Source: Thermoplasmata archaeon
GTDB taxonomy: Archaea; Thermoplasmatota; Thermoplasmata; Halarchaeoplasmatales; Halarchaeoplasmataceae
NCBI GenBank assembly: GCA_046498385.1
Contig: JAWOAU010000011.1
Span: forward strand, 4,315 to 68,314
Length of the DNA: 64,000 nucleotides
Direction of reading: 5' to 3'
The notes below the pieces were generated by a model, which saw only the letters and a program-made list of their open reading frames with translations, did not search any database and had not been told where the DNA came from. This document shows, piece by piece, positions 11,301 through 18,288 of the stretch (its first letter is position 1; each line of letters opens with the position of its first letter). The translations under genes were made by a program, and so were the position numbers.

Positions 11301-11823
11301 TACCGCTGATGAATACTTCGCCATCCCACACGATGCCACCGTGGGTTATTATCAATACGGTCAGGCGGTCGACGGAGTTCTCCATCTCACTCCAGTCTTC
11401 ATAACTTAGCTTATCAGGTAGTTCGGTCACGTTTAACATAAGATTCCCTCCGATATCCCAGTATTGTTCATCCCTCCCGGTGATCTCGATTATCTCTTCG
11501 TCGTCGAACATGAAGCGGTGACTGCGAACCCTCTCGTCATAGGACACAATATGAAGACTGGATTCACGAATATTTATGGGATGTCCTCCTTTATGTTCGA
11601 TGGTTATGGTTCTGATCATCTCTTCATCCACCACCTCCCAACTAAAATTAGCTTCCATGGTCAGATAAGCGGTCCTTTCCGGCGATTCCAATCTTGTGAC
11701 AGCGGCAAAGATAGTGGAAAAGAGCACTACCGTTATAGATAAAACAAGGATGGTGCCTACCACTTCCGACACAGCACTTCCGTCTTTACTCAGTCTGCGT
11801 TTGCAAAAATCATTTCGTTTCAA
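5368..11823 (-). CDS. Giant (about 2,150 aa; ORF track gives 5368..11994, 2208 aa) acidic secreted protein. It has an archaeal type IV pilin-like N-terminal signal peptide, CARDB-like and FN3-like beta domains, and a vWA (MIDAS) domain. It is a putative pilus-associated adhesin.
   Basis: The 6.6-kb ORF is uninterrupted. The pilin_N-like motif KRRLSKDGSAVSEVVGTILVLSITVVLFSTIFAAV lies about 60 aa after the track's first Met. A likely true start is TTG at 11821-11823 (reverse complement), preceded by GGGGGT 7 nt upstream. The upstream 170 nt of the track ORF overlaps the divergent gene at 11963. The vWA motifs DTTGSMSG...ASGGTPLWDA...ILFTDGDD map to about 7800-8170. There are many N-x-S/T sequons. 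Confidence 0.75.
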   Translation of the reverse strand: MKRNDFCKRRLSKDGSAVSEVVGTILVLSITVVLFSTIFAAVTRLESPERTAYLTMEANFSWEVVDEEMIRTITIEHKGGHPINIRESSLHIVSYDERVRSHRFMFDDEEIIEITGRDEQYWDIGGNLMLNVTELPDKLSYEDWSEMENSVDRLTVLIITHGGIVWDGEVFISGILGERPYVKEAGVVYPQPWHVAVDAGEDVSLYANIEWDGGDLNDIKDNVMVDLGRIEGFQDGGAWGSNLYNMSRQGNRFVYPHSGSLTVPREQDNGTYLLRIYIHTGNEDISRELAVNGTMNNSVAWSRSEYITLNVGRAGVVGEEPDLRVNIQEFIPVNPTNRDSVTVRATIENYGGSSARMNISFYDRLPHEVYDELDYGENIGFIEHLHVAAGGGRDLQVTWQVNGSGEHEITVELHDIFSTGGSDASPDLNIDRSELFVSPIILLVDDTQETYGSDGRAMKGALDGLDQDYRYTNSPPLWDEGEFPLKEQDLVIWMTGRTRRDLGGDNIEMRRTLTEADRENLAKFIEEGGFLWLVGEGILNDAQENGWDGWLQDNLHAEIDIANADAPFKSLIYGIDTPFTEGQHYPATGTWKGGYIDAIDEGTLAMTDGDGGGGLGVSWEGGRNRTMFNSYMFRSVEPGSRLLMAGRVLEWLGNISQRHGNDLALIDQKFDGVYGPIHPMYQQEVNVTGTILNNGVENMTNVEVRLKVNGNYLRGEDYRKYVNITEGETKDVTFYWTAEPVGVHEILVVVDPYNRVEETTQENNDIRYTDVDYTVNVRFSVMLVNARVEGEDTPLQSTLEELGYAHNIYTYQDESIEDENGDPIDINETLKRYNTVYWDAGEVKEAISGDVLESIKEFLDKKEGTSFFLSGDNVLEHIREVDSGFIDDVMGISGNLGDIGNVTNAPHEIRGEIDDELGHGMEYSVDGEDGSHTTFVLNGGHGFAYTYHNDEKDALIGARNDYEDSKVIFLGMDLARLTGPVYLDDWYDDFQEDIDLDSLPVQTELTYMVTDHLGNVDERVELKISSVDISVEEQQPMLGRSYLLSATITNLGHSPSDALVRFKDGDSHIASESMYIPSGGSATAEVMWRPLFAGPVRPVRVLVDPRCTVDEIGDNTMGFNNHALIETPVYYFWDDMESGADNWETEATIMNVNGEHPLEYLSGEYDSVYTEIIDDWDNDMSEGINNTDEYAFSDPYSYHLKESVGGEISGGRLPIDMGVMVDTTGSMSGDKIEDAKIATKDLIDMFDENDRVALFNLDSYHKDDGSFLWEDFRYMTDDNKDFFKSRVDDFTASGGTPLWDASGYTLNHVIDNPRPTGIPDEDYVQATILFTDGDDEHFADDPPERGSNIYAPGCVRGVGPLDHTWGVDGGHEWGDDAFDYRDQGGSNNDVLRWDDGSVDWIELLYRRSSSRSTERLALVNAPMLTYTVALGTSPSAYLPSGDASYMSPFASEYPFTSEYQLIQIAKSTNGSYFYAPDSDQLGGIFQQIFSEVVQESAEAGNVTSIPDNDIAIYDTGTEYTSRNSWAQTTETRYMKTTTWDVNGLDTYRLESDGPGLDFDTVGDDIDSNVAVTWGIRVWARDEMGGTEEITTGTPVAQVSRSSNGEGIQSATWTPPYSSISTTDSIVVRVYDRFGSGAWNQRAEFTTEQLGAVSLRDNEWTVYYYTQRDGYWWTRTYSYFSWGDEDHNSRIEGFTHSDSAINPPDSPTNPNPTDGATSVSTTPSLSVYVSHPDDKAMDVAFFDASNDNLIGFDLDVPSGTRTPGVRWYGLEYEVEYSWYAIAFDGTMTNESATWSFTTVAEGEDPDDLDPGEPGEQNTNKTAITPSFSLQDYQQAGLVFRSKYRMVTGTNGGFVMVGVMADEDLDADWVDEHGYAWTYAIPTEGAYTSNLDMDVTRTDSFGNDINFAWSGTSGGGAFGWDRVQINVLRYVPEGYEDDVRIMFNYTQYGGGTGYGWYLDDVRMVVSRGDNDLTDSHRDVWRTEEVTGWDGNPTTAWRNAHPTDPDGDYLKSGIDNSLITTSIDLTNARNATLSAYFKFNFNIQSGAPPDGFRVEITTDGGRTWQAINLGVRTSWGVSGGGDGYQGTDIGHGWTSAESLARLETDLSDFRGEVIRIRFRMITTTGSYNHYDDPGEDAGFYVDNVIVSGSSIEEG

Positions 11824-11962
11824 TTTTGATACCCCCAAGGTAACACTACAGCAAGTCTTTCTAGAATATATAAACGTTGTGTGGTAATCACCATTTTCAG
11901 ATGGTAATCGCACTCGACAACATTTATATCGTGTACCGCACCTAAACCCTCTTTGAAATAAC

Positions 11963-12937
11963 ATGAAAATAGGGGTCGTAGGTGTCGGGTCCATGGGTCA
12001 GAATCACGCCCGTGTCCTTGACCAGATAGGGTATCTTGCAGGTGTTATGGATTCTAAAAAAACCGCAGCCAAAGCCGCGGGTGAAAAACACAACGTACCG
12101 TGGTTCACCGATCTAAAGGGATTCCTGGAAACCGGTATGGACGGGGTAACGGTGGCTACACCTGCACGGACCCATGTGGACGTATGCGAAGAGATGATCA
12201 AAGAGGGGATACCGGTACTGGTGGAAAAGCCCATAGCGCTATCGCTCCCAAAGGCTGAAAGTCTGGTGAAACTGGCAGAGGAACAAAACGTTGTTCTGGC
12301 GGCGGGGATGATAGAAAGACACAACCCGGTGGTATCCTCCGCAAAAAAACTTCTCCAGGACGGAAACGTAGGTGACGTGATAACCATCAGCTCCAAGCGG
12401 GTGAGCTCCTTTCCCACTCGTGTAGCGGATATGGGTGTGATCCATGATCTCGCCATCCACGACGTGGACGTCATGCGCTACCTCATAGGAGAAGAACCGG
12501 AAAAGGTATTCGCCTTGGGCGGTCCCGCCAATCAAGGTAAATACGAGGACCACGCCAACATGATGCTGCACTTTCCAGGAGACATAACAGGCGTTTTGGA
12601 GGTCAACTGGCTCACACCTCATAAGGTGAGAAAACTCTCACTCACCTGTTCCAACGATTTCATCGAGATAGACTACATCGCCCAGTCCCTTGTGCTCACC
12701 TCTTCCAGGCTCATGGAATACGATACCAGCAATCTGTTCGACATACCTCTTGAGCACAACATACGCAAGTACACAGTTAAGCGTCAGGAACCGCTCATGA
12801 AGGAGATGGAGGATTTCGTCGGTGCCGTTAAAAAGAAGCACCCGCCCCTAGTTACCGGTAAGGACGGCTTGTTGAGCATGAAAGTGGTGGATGCCGCCAG
12901 ACGCTCCATGGTAGAGGGGAAGGAGGTCTACGTTTGA
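11963..12937 (+). CDS. Gfo/Idh/MocA-family NAD-dependent oxidoreductase (UDP-GlcNAc(A) 3-dehydrogenase, WbpB-like)
   Basis: The N-terminal Rossmann motif MKIGVVGVGSMGQNHARVL and the 324-aa length fit the family. The 4-nt ATGA overlap with the downstream acetyltransferase is typical of wbpB-wbpD-like sugar-modification pairs. Confidence 0.75.
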   Translation: MKIGVVGVGSMGQNHARVLDQIGYLAGVMDSKKTAAKAAGEKHNVPWFTDLKGFLETGMDGVTVATPARTHVDVCEEMIKEGIPVLVEKPIALSLPKAESLVKLAEEQNVVLAAGMIERHNPVVSSAKKLLQDGNVGDVITISSKRVSSFPTRVADMGVIHDLAIHDVDVMRYLIGEEPEKVFALGGPANQGKYEDHANMMLHFPGDITGVLEVNWLTPHKVRKLSLTCSNDFIEIDYIAQSLVLTSSRLMEYDTSNLFDIPLEHNIRKYTVKRQEPLMKEMEDFVGAVKKKHPPLVTGKDGLLSMKVVDAARRSMVEGKEVYV

Positions 12938-13515
12938 AAAAGATGGGGCCTATAATAAAGGGGGAAAACGTATACATCTCAGAGACCGCCATCCTGGGTC
13001 ATCCCGGTAAAAAAAACAAGGACCTTTTGATAACCGGAAGGTTCAACGGACTCCGACCGGTTAAAATAAAAGACGACGTACTGTTGAGAGATCACACCGT
13101 TGTCTACGAAGGCGTAAGCTTGGGAACAGGGGTGGAAACCGGCCACCGTGTACTGATAAGGGAGGATACCGATATAGGTGAACACACCGTCGTCGGCAGC
13201 GGTACTATAATCGAAGCGGGCTGCGAAATAGGAAAAAAAGTGTCCATCCAAAGCTCCGTATATCTAGCCAACGGGACAAAAGTATTGGACGATGCATTCC
13301 TTGGACCTATGGTCTGCTTGATCAACGATAAATACATGGACGGTAGAATCCAACCGTGTACCATCGGCGAAGACGCAAGGATCGGGGCGGGCTCCACCAT
13401 ATTTCCCGGTGTATCGGTAGGTAAAGGGGCGGTGGTAGGTGCCGACTCTCTGGTAACAAAGGACATACCTAACAACAAAAAAGCCTTTGGCAGACCTGCA
13501 AAGCTCCGGGGTTAG
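12934..13515 (+). CDS. Hexapeptide-repeat (left-handed beta-helix) acetyltransferase, WbpD-like UDP-amino-sugar N-acetyltransferase
   Basis: The sequence shows repeated [LIV]-G-x-x-x-x hexapeptides (IGEHTVVGSGTIIEAGCEIGKKVSIQ...), is 193 aa long, and is translationally coupled to the oxidoreductase. Confidence 0.7.
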   Translation: MKKMGPIIKGENVYISETAILGHPGKKNKDLLITGRFNGLRPVKIKDDVLLRDHTVVYEGVSLGTGVETGHRVLIREDTDIGEHTVVGSGTIIEAGCEIGKKVSIQSSVYLANGTKVLDDAFLGPMVCLINDKYMDGRIQPCTIGEDARIGAGSTIFPGVSVGKGAVVGADSLVTKDIPNNKKAFGRPAKLRG

Positions 13516-13558
13516 AAAGGTTTATTTTTGCCACCTGCGTTATCGCCTTTGAGATAAA

Positions 13559-14044
13559 ATGACAGATGCACAGAAACTGCTGGAAGAAGGCGAACGGTTG
13601 CTAAATGAATTCGACTTCGAGGGCGCGTATAAAAAATTTGACAAGGCTCTAAAAACAGAAGAGAGTGCCGCCGCTTACTTTGGAAAAGCGGAGGCAGCCC
13701 TCGGCATGCCGGAAGTGGATGCGGAGAATATAATCCAGGACTACGAAAAGGCGATAGAGATACAGGACGACCCGTTTTATCGTCAGGCGGCTGCCTCTTT
13801 TTGTGTAGACGTGGGAAAGTTCGAAAAGGCTGAAAAGCACTATCGAAAGGCGGCGGAACTCGACCCAGATAACCGGGAGAACTACCTATCCGAGTTTGCG
13901 GTGGGGTATCGGTTCAAAGCGCCTATCATGATGCAGAAGTATCTAGCCCAGGGCGGAGAAGACGTGATACTTCGTAAGGCCTTGAACTATATGCTCGAGG
14001 CCATGGATATAGACCGGGGCAAGGCTCTGGAACTTCTTAAGTGA
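13559..14044 (+). CDS. TPR-repeat protein
   Basis: The 161-aa protein has about 34-aa degenerate helical repeats (AYKKFDKALK..., AAAYFGKAEAALG, EKHYRKAAELDPDN). Confidence 0.55.
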   Translation: MTDAQKLLEEGERLLNEFDFEGAYKKFDKALKTEESAAAYFGKAEAALGMPEVDAENIIQDYEKAIEIQDDPFYRQAAASFCVDVGKFEKAEKHYRKAAELDPDNRENYLSEFAVGYRFKAPIMMQKYLAQGGEDVILRKALNYMLEAMDIDRGKALELLK

Positions 14045-14072
14045 GCAAGCACAAAATATTTAAGAGTGCGCC

Positions 14073-14393
14073 TTGAATAGCTGTTTTAACATGTTCTGCG
14101 AAAAATGCAAATCACTGATGATACCGTCGAAGGGCCTTTGGCAATGTAAAAGATGTTCTCACGAGAAAAAGGTCAACAAGAACGACAAGCAGGTTATCAC
14201 TACCAAAAGAGAAGAACGTGAAACGGTCGTCATAGATCAGGAGGTAGATACTCTCCCCAAGACCAAGGCCCGCTGTGAAAAATGCGATAACAATGAAGCT
14301 TTCTGGCGTCTTCAGCAGACCCGGGCTGCGGACGAACCCGAAACGCGCATATACAGGTGTACCAAGTGTGGTCACACGTGGAGGGAGTATTGA
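14073..14393 (+). CDS. tfs: Transcription factor S (TFS) / RNA polymerase subunit M, a TFIIS-type zinc ribbon protein
   Basis: There is an N-terminal zinc ribbon (CEKCKSLM...CKRC) and a C-terminal TFIIS-type ribbon ending QTRAADEPETRIYRCTKCGHTWREY, with the acidic DE loop. The length is 106 aa. Confidence 0.85.
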   Translation: MNSCFNMFCEKCKSLMIPSKGLWQCKRCSHEKKVNKNDKQVITTKREERETVVIDQEVDTLPKTKARCEKCDNNEAFWRLQQTRAADEPETRIYRCTKCGHTWREY

Positions 14394-14394
14394 A

Positions 14395-15015
14395 TTGTTC
14401 GAGATCGGTAGGATAAGATTCAGACCCTTGGAAAAGGAAGATATATGCTTGATGGACCGCTGGGAGGACCACCATGTGGTCACCCTGTTCGCCAGAGGTA
14501 AAACCCTTGTGTTCAAGGCCAGAGAGGAGATCAAGAGGGAATACGAAGAGTATCTGGAAAACCGATCAAAAACAAGACTTATCGTCGAGCTTGTGGAAGA
14601 TTCTAAGGAAATAGGCATAGCGACTTACAAGGACAGGAACGGTGATGTGAGGTCCACCGATATAGGGTGCTATATAGGTGAACCCAGTTACTGGAACCAG
14701 GGACTAGGTAAGGAGATCGCCCTTGGGTTTTGCGAGATGCTCTTTTATCAACAGAAATACGATAGGTTGAGTGCCTGGAGCAGTTCGGTTAACACCAGGG
14801 CACACAGCGTTTTAGAGTCTGTCGGCTTCCAGCTCTCTGGAAGAGCCAGGAAAAGCGGCTACATGATGGGGAAAAAGATAGATTGGCTCATGTTCGATAT
14901 CCTGCGAGAAGAGTACATACCAAAAAGAAAAGAATACCTCAACAAGTACCTTACGGAAGCCCAGTTGGAGACATATTCTGAAGATTATTGTTCCCTAAAA
15001 TCTTACAAGCCTTGA
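14395..15015 (+). CDS. GNAT-family N-acetyltransferase (RimL/RimJ-like)
   Basis: The motifs IRFRPLEKEDICLMDRWEDHHV and the acetyl-CoA-binding-like block NQGLGKEIALGFCEMLF fit the family. The ORF track starts at 14275 inside tfs. The likely real start is TTG at 14395 just after the tfs stop, or alternatively ATG at 14452. Confidence 0.65.
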   Translation: MFEIGRIRFRPLEKEDICLMDRWEDHHVVTLFARGKTLVFKAREEIKREYEEYLENRSKTRLIVELVEDSKEIGIATYKDRNGDVRSTDIGCYIGEPSYWNQGLGKEIALGFCEMLFYQQKYDRLSAWSSSVNTRAHSVLESVGFQLSGRARKSGYMMGKKIDWLMFDILREEYIPKRKEYLNKYLTEAQLETYSEDYCSLKSYKP

Positions 15016-15052
15016 AAAAATTTATTTATCTAAGGTCATATACCGCTAACAG

Positions 15053-16189
15053 ATGGGAACTAAAGAGCTCACGTACAAGGAGAAGGTCCTTCTATATCTT
15101 AGGGATTACAAGTCTTTGGGTGAAAAGAAGGTTTATCCTAGGGGGATCACTCAAAAAGGTATAGCTGAAGCCGTGGGCATGCGCAGGACCCATGTTTCCA
15201 GGGTGATGAGGGACCTTATAGAAAACAAAGAAGTAGAAGAATATCTAGGACACGTTAAGGGCCGTTCCAGAAAACTAAAGGTTTACACCCTAAGACCGGA
15301 GGGTGTGGCGAGGGGTGACGAGATAATAAAAGAACTTGAAAGTGTGTATGTACAGGTTTCCAAAGAAGGGAGAACCTTCAAGTCCAAACTCACCGAACTT
15401 GAAGAACTTTCTGGAAAAAGACTGAGCCTTCTGGAATCCATCGAGCTGGTTGAAACCTCCGATCAACCTATAGACCTGGATGAATCCGGTTCAAAACGGT
15501 TTGTGACTGAACTTTCCAAGGCACCTGTTGTAGAAGAACTATACGGTAGAAATGAAGTTTTAACGATGATGGACGAATGGATGAAAAAAGATATCCCGGT
15601 TGCGGTTTTGGAGGGGCGAAGAGGTTCCGGCGCATCGTGTACCGCCCGCCGTTTTCTTGATTCGGTGGATGACAGACACCTGCTTTGGGTCGATGTGCAG
15701 GATGATGATGTGATAAAGAAGATAGATGATTTTTTTTTCACCGTCCATGATGATAAAAAAAAATTGTTTCAGGCATTAAAGGAAACTCCTGCATTGATCG
15801 TGATCGATGATTATTACAACGTAGAGGACGAACTTGTGGACTTTTTTGTGGAGATGGTTGATCGATTGGATAAAGAATACCAAACTAAAATACTGGTGAC
15901 TACCAGGGAAGGTCTACCGGTCTACGAACGGTTTTATCACCGAGAACATTTGAAGGAGGGAAAAGTGGACCAAATAAGCATACCCCCACTTAACGAAGAA
16001 GAGGCGGAGTTGATACTGGGCAAAGAGTTGGAATCCAGCGCCCTCCGACGTATAATGTTGATGACCAAGGGTTCGCCCCAGATACTCAAACACCTCCGGG
16101 ACGGCCGTATCGATAAGATAGAGGGGGAAAGTGCATTGGTCAGGGAGCAGGTTTCACTGCTTATGTTTCTAAAGGAACAGACCCGCTGA
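15053..16189 (+). CDS. Winged-HTH plus P-loop-like (degenerate Walker A) domain protein, a putative regulator
   Basis: The N-terminal wHTH is GITQKGIAEAVGMRRTHVSRVMRDLIE. A central degenerate Walker A is VAVLEGRRGSGAS (no Lys) and a Walker-B-like segment is ALIVIDDYY. It resembles archaeal ATPase-domain regulators. Confidence 0.45.
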   Translation: MGTKELTYKEKVLLYLRDYKSLGEKKVYPRGITQKGIAEAVGMRRTHVSRVMRDLIENKEVEEYLGHVKGRSRKLKVYTLRPEGVARGDEIIKELESVYVQVSKEGRTFKSKLTELEELSGKRLSLLESIELVETSDQPIDLDESGSKRFVTELSKAPVVEELYGRNEVLTMMDEWMKKDIPVAVLEGRRGSGASCTARRFLDSVDDRHLLWVDVQDDDVIKKIDDFFFTVHDDKKKLFQALKETPALIVIDDYYNVEDELVDFFVEMVDRLDKEYQTKILVTTREGLPVYERFYHREHLKEGKVDQISIPPLNEEEAELILGKELESSALRRIMLMTKGSPQILKHLRDGRIDKIEGESALVREQVSLLMFLKEQTR

Positions 16190-16242
16190 GGGCAAACCTT
16201 TTAATCGATTTCATGTTCTCTCCTGAAATCACAGCTAGATTT

Positions 16243-16327
16243 GCGGGGGTAGCTCAGCCTGGTAGGGCGATGGACTGCTAATCCATTGGTGCCTTGCACC
16301 CCGGGGGTTCAAATCCCCCTCCCCGCG
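16243..16327 (+). tRNA. tRNA-Ser (anticodon GCU), type II with a long variable arm
   Basis: The cloverleaf fits: acceptor GCGGGGG/UCCCCGC, anticodon stem ATGGA/TCCAT with loop CTGCTAA, a 16-nt variable arm with a GGTGC/GCACC stem, T-loop TTCAAAT and discriminator G. No CCA is encoded. Confidence 0.85.
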
Positions 16328-16353
16328 CTAAATATCACCGGTTCGATGTGAAG

Positions 16354-18120
16354 TCAGTAATCTACCGTCCACTTTACGGCATAGTCTTCACCGTTATACA
16401 CCATGTAACCCTGTCCTGGCGAGAAGGTAAAGTTTCCCGCATCATAATCGTAAGATACGTTGTACTCACCATTCGTATCAAAATATCCTATTTTCGTCAC
16501 TTCTCCCGGGAGGCCGTGATTCCCTTCACTCTCACTAGGTACTCCAACCATGTTCCAGCCAGGATATAGGGCTATGTCGGTGCTGGTCGGTTCGATCCCT
16601 TCCATGGTAAGTAAGTCATCCTTGAGCATACGTATCCAGAAACCCATAGTGTATTCCAAGTTGTGTAGGCTGTTGAAATTCTCAGGCCTGTTCGGTGAGT
16701 AAACCAGCCAATCTTCGATAGAAGCATCGTAATACAACACCCGGTCGTAATTTCCTTCGATATCCGCTAAAAGATATGCAATAGACGTATCTTTCGGCGA
16801 TATGTTAAAAGAAATAAAGTTCCATCCTCCGCTTTCAGGAAAAGCATACAAATTTAGTTCGACGGATCTAACTACCGGCGTATCCTGCCACTGTAGAAGA
16901 GGATAAGTTACATTCTCTATTATGCACCAGATCTCTTGGAAATCCCATCCAACGTCGGTAAAAGTACTCTTGTTTTGCATCTCGGCGGTTATCTTTCTGG
17001 TAGCATTACCAGCGGTTTCTGTCTGATAACTGGTTTCGGAATCCCAGAAGTTGCCAACCATCTGGTAATCACCGTCTACCTTTCCGGCGAATCCATTTTC
17101 ATATGGATCGGACGCTCCATCGTAAAGCACACGTCCCGTGGAATAGCTGTTTGTGATATTCATGCCTTGGTTGAACCCTACAAACCCGCCGAAGCTCGTA
17201 GCATCACCCGATGTGCGAGTTACATTTCCTCTGGAATAAGAGTCAAAGACCGAACCGACGTTGAGTCCTACAAATCCACCGGAGTTGCTAACACCTATAA
17301 CCTCTCCCGTTGCATAACATTTGGACAAGGTTCCCTCCTCGTTCCAGCCTACGAATCCTCCGACGTCATCACCTGTACCGTCTACGTTCCCTGTAGCATA
17401 AGATCTAAGGACGGTGCCGCCCCAGTTGAATCCTACGAGACCACCTATATAGTGGTTTCCGCTAACCCCCCCAACGGCATAGGAGTCGGATATGCTACCA
17501 TCGTTTCTACCTGCAAGACCTCCGAGTCGGGAGCTTCCTTCGATGTTTGCCTCACTATGAGCGTTTGATATCACACCAGTACTTAGCCCTACGAGACCAC
17601 CGACCCAAAACCGTCCTACAATGTGTCCTGCGGTATAGGAATTGTTTATACTACCTCCTTCGTTTGAACCCACCAAACCCCCAACACCATTATCGCCTGT
17701 TATTTTCGCATCGATCATCCTGACCTCGTTTATCTCTGAATTGTCTGTACGACCAAATAGACCTATGTATCTCGAGTCCGGTCTGTTGATGTATAATCCG
17801 GTTATCTCATAGCCATTCCCATCTAATCTGCCGCTGAACTGATAGTCATAGTTCCCTACGGGTTCGAACCCTGCCCCATCGTTCCACTCCTTGGTCACAT
17901 TGGCATCTATATCGTTTGCCAGTGCATAGTGTGCACTCAAATTATTTCTCATCGCCTGCAAATCGTGAACATCGTATATCATATGTGGATCATCCAACGT
18001 ACCGCTTCCCTCACCAAACGTGTGCGATTCTATTTCTATACGGCGCAAATTTCCCACACCACCGGATGCTACTGCTAAAGTACAGACCACAAAAAACACA
18101 GCACAGACCTTTCCCATCAT
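16354..18120 (-). CDS. Secreted GLUG-repeat protein (signal peptide plus about 12 tandem GGLVG/GGFVG GLUG motifs plus a C-terminal beta domain)
   Basis: The signal peptide is MMGKVCAVFFVVCTLAVASG. Repeats of about 20 aa of the form [NS]xSYaTG.V.G....GGLVG (the GLUG motif, PF07581-like) span about 17100-17800. The protein is 588 aa. Confidence 0.7.
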   Translation of the reverse strand: MMGKVCAVFFVVCTLAVASGGVGNLRRIEIESHTFGEGSGTLDDPHMIYDVHDLQAMRNNLSAHYALANDIDANVTKEWNDGAGFEPVGNYDYQFSGRLDGNGYEITGLYINRPDSRYIGLFGRTDNSEINEVRMIDAKITGDNGVGGLVGSNEGGSINNSYTAGHIVGRFWVGGLVGLSTGVISNAHSEANIEGSSRLGGLAGRNDGSISDSYAVGGVSGNHYIGGLVGFNWGGTVLRSYATGNVDGTGDDVGGFVGWNEEGTLSKCYATGEVIGVSNSGGFVGLNVGSVFDSYSRGNVTRTSGDATSFGGFVGFNQGMNITNSYSTGRVLYDGASDPYENGFAGKVDGDYQMVGNFWDSETSYQTETAGNATRKITAEMQNKSTFTDVGWDFQEIWCIIENVTYPLLQWQDTPVVRSVELNLYAFPESGGWNFISFNISPKDTSIAYLLADIEGNYDRVLYYDASIEDWLVYSPNRPENFNSLHNLEYTMGFWIRMLKDDLLTMEGIEPTSTDIALYPGWNMVGVPSESEGNHGLPGEVTKIGYFDTNGEYNVSYDYDAGNFTFSPGQGYMVYNGEDYAVKWTVDY

Positions 18121-18288
18121 TTTTGATACCTCTTCATGACCTCATCTTAATGCCAGATTAAACAATTCGCATCTAGATACAAATAGTTTTTGTACACATA
18201 TCAAACACCTCCCTTATATAGATATAACGAGCTTTTAATAGCGTTCAAGAATTCGACTTGCTCTTTCATCTCCTCATCGCCTTCGGAA

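Noticed and set aside
5701-11887. Many 60-250 aa ORFs on both strands inside 5368..11994 (for example 5701..6444, 9193..9900, 8227..8673)
   Set aside because: They are alternative-frame or antisense shadows of the 6.6-kb giant CDS. Their composition is strongly biased and they make no independent sense.
11824-11994. The ATG at 11994 as the start of the giant ORF
   Set aside because: It would overlap the divergent Gfo/Idh/MocA gene. It would also place about 57 residues before a class III signal peptide that must be N-terminal. A TTG start at 11823 with an SD is preferred.
12004-13478. Minus-strand ORFs antisense to the Gfo/Idh/MocA and acetyltransferase genes
   Set aside because: They are shadow ORFs. 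The plus-strand genes carry clear family motifs.
16294-16569. The plus-strand 91-aa ORF overlapping tRNA-Ser and the 3' end of the GLUG gene
   Set aside because: It starts inside the tRNA and runs antisense through a real CDS, so it is spurious.
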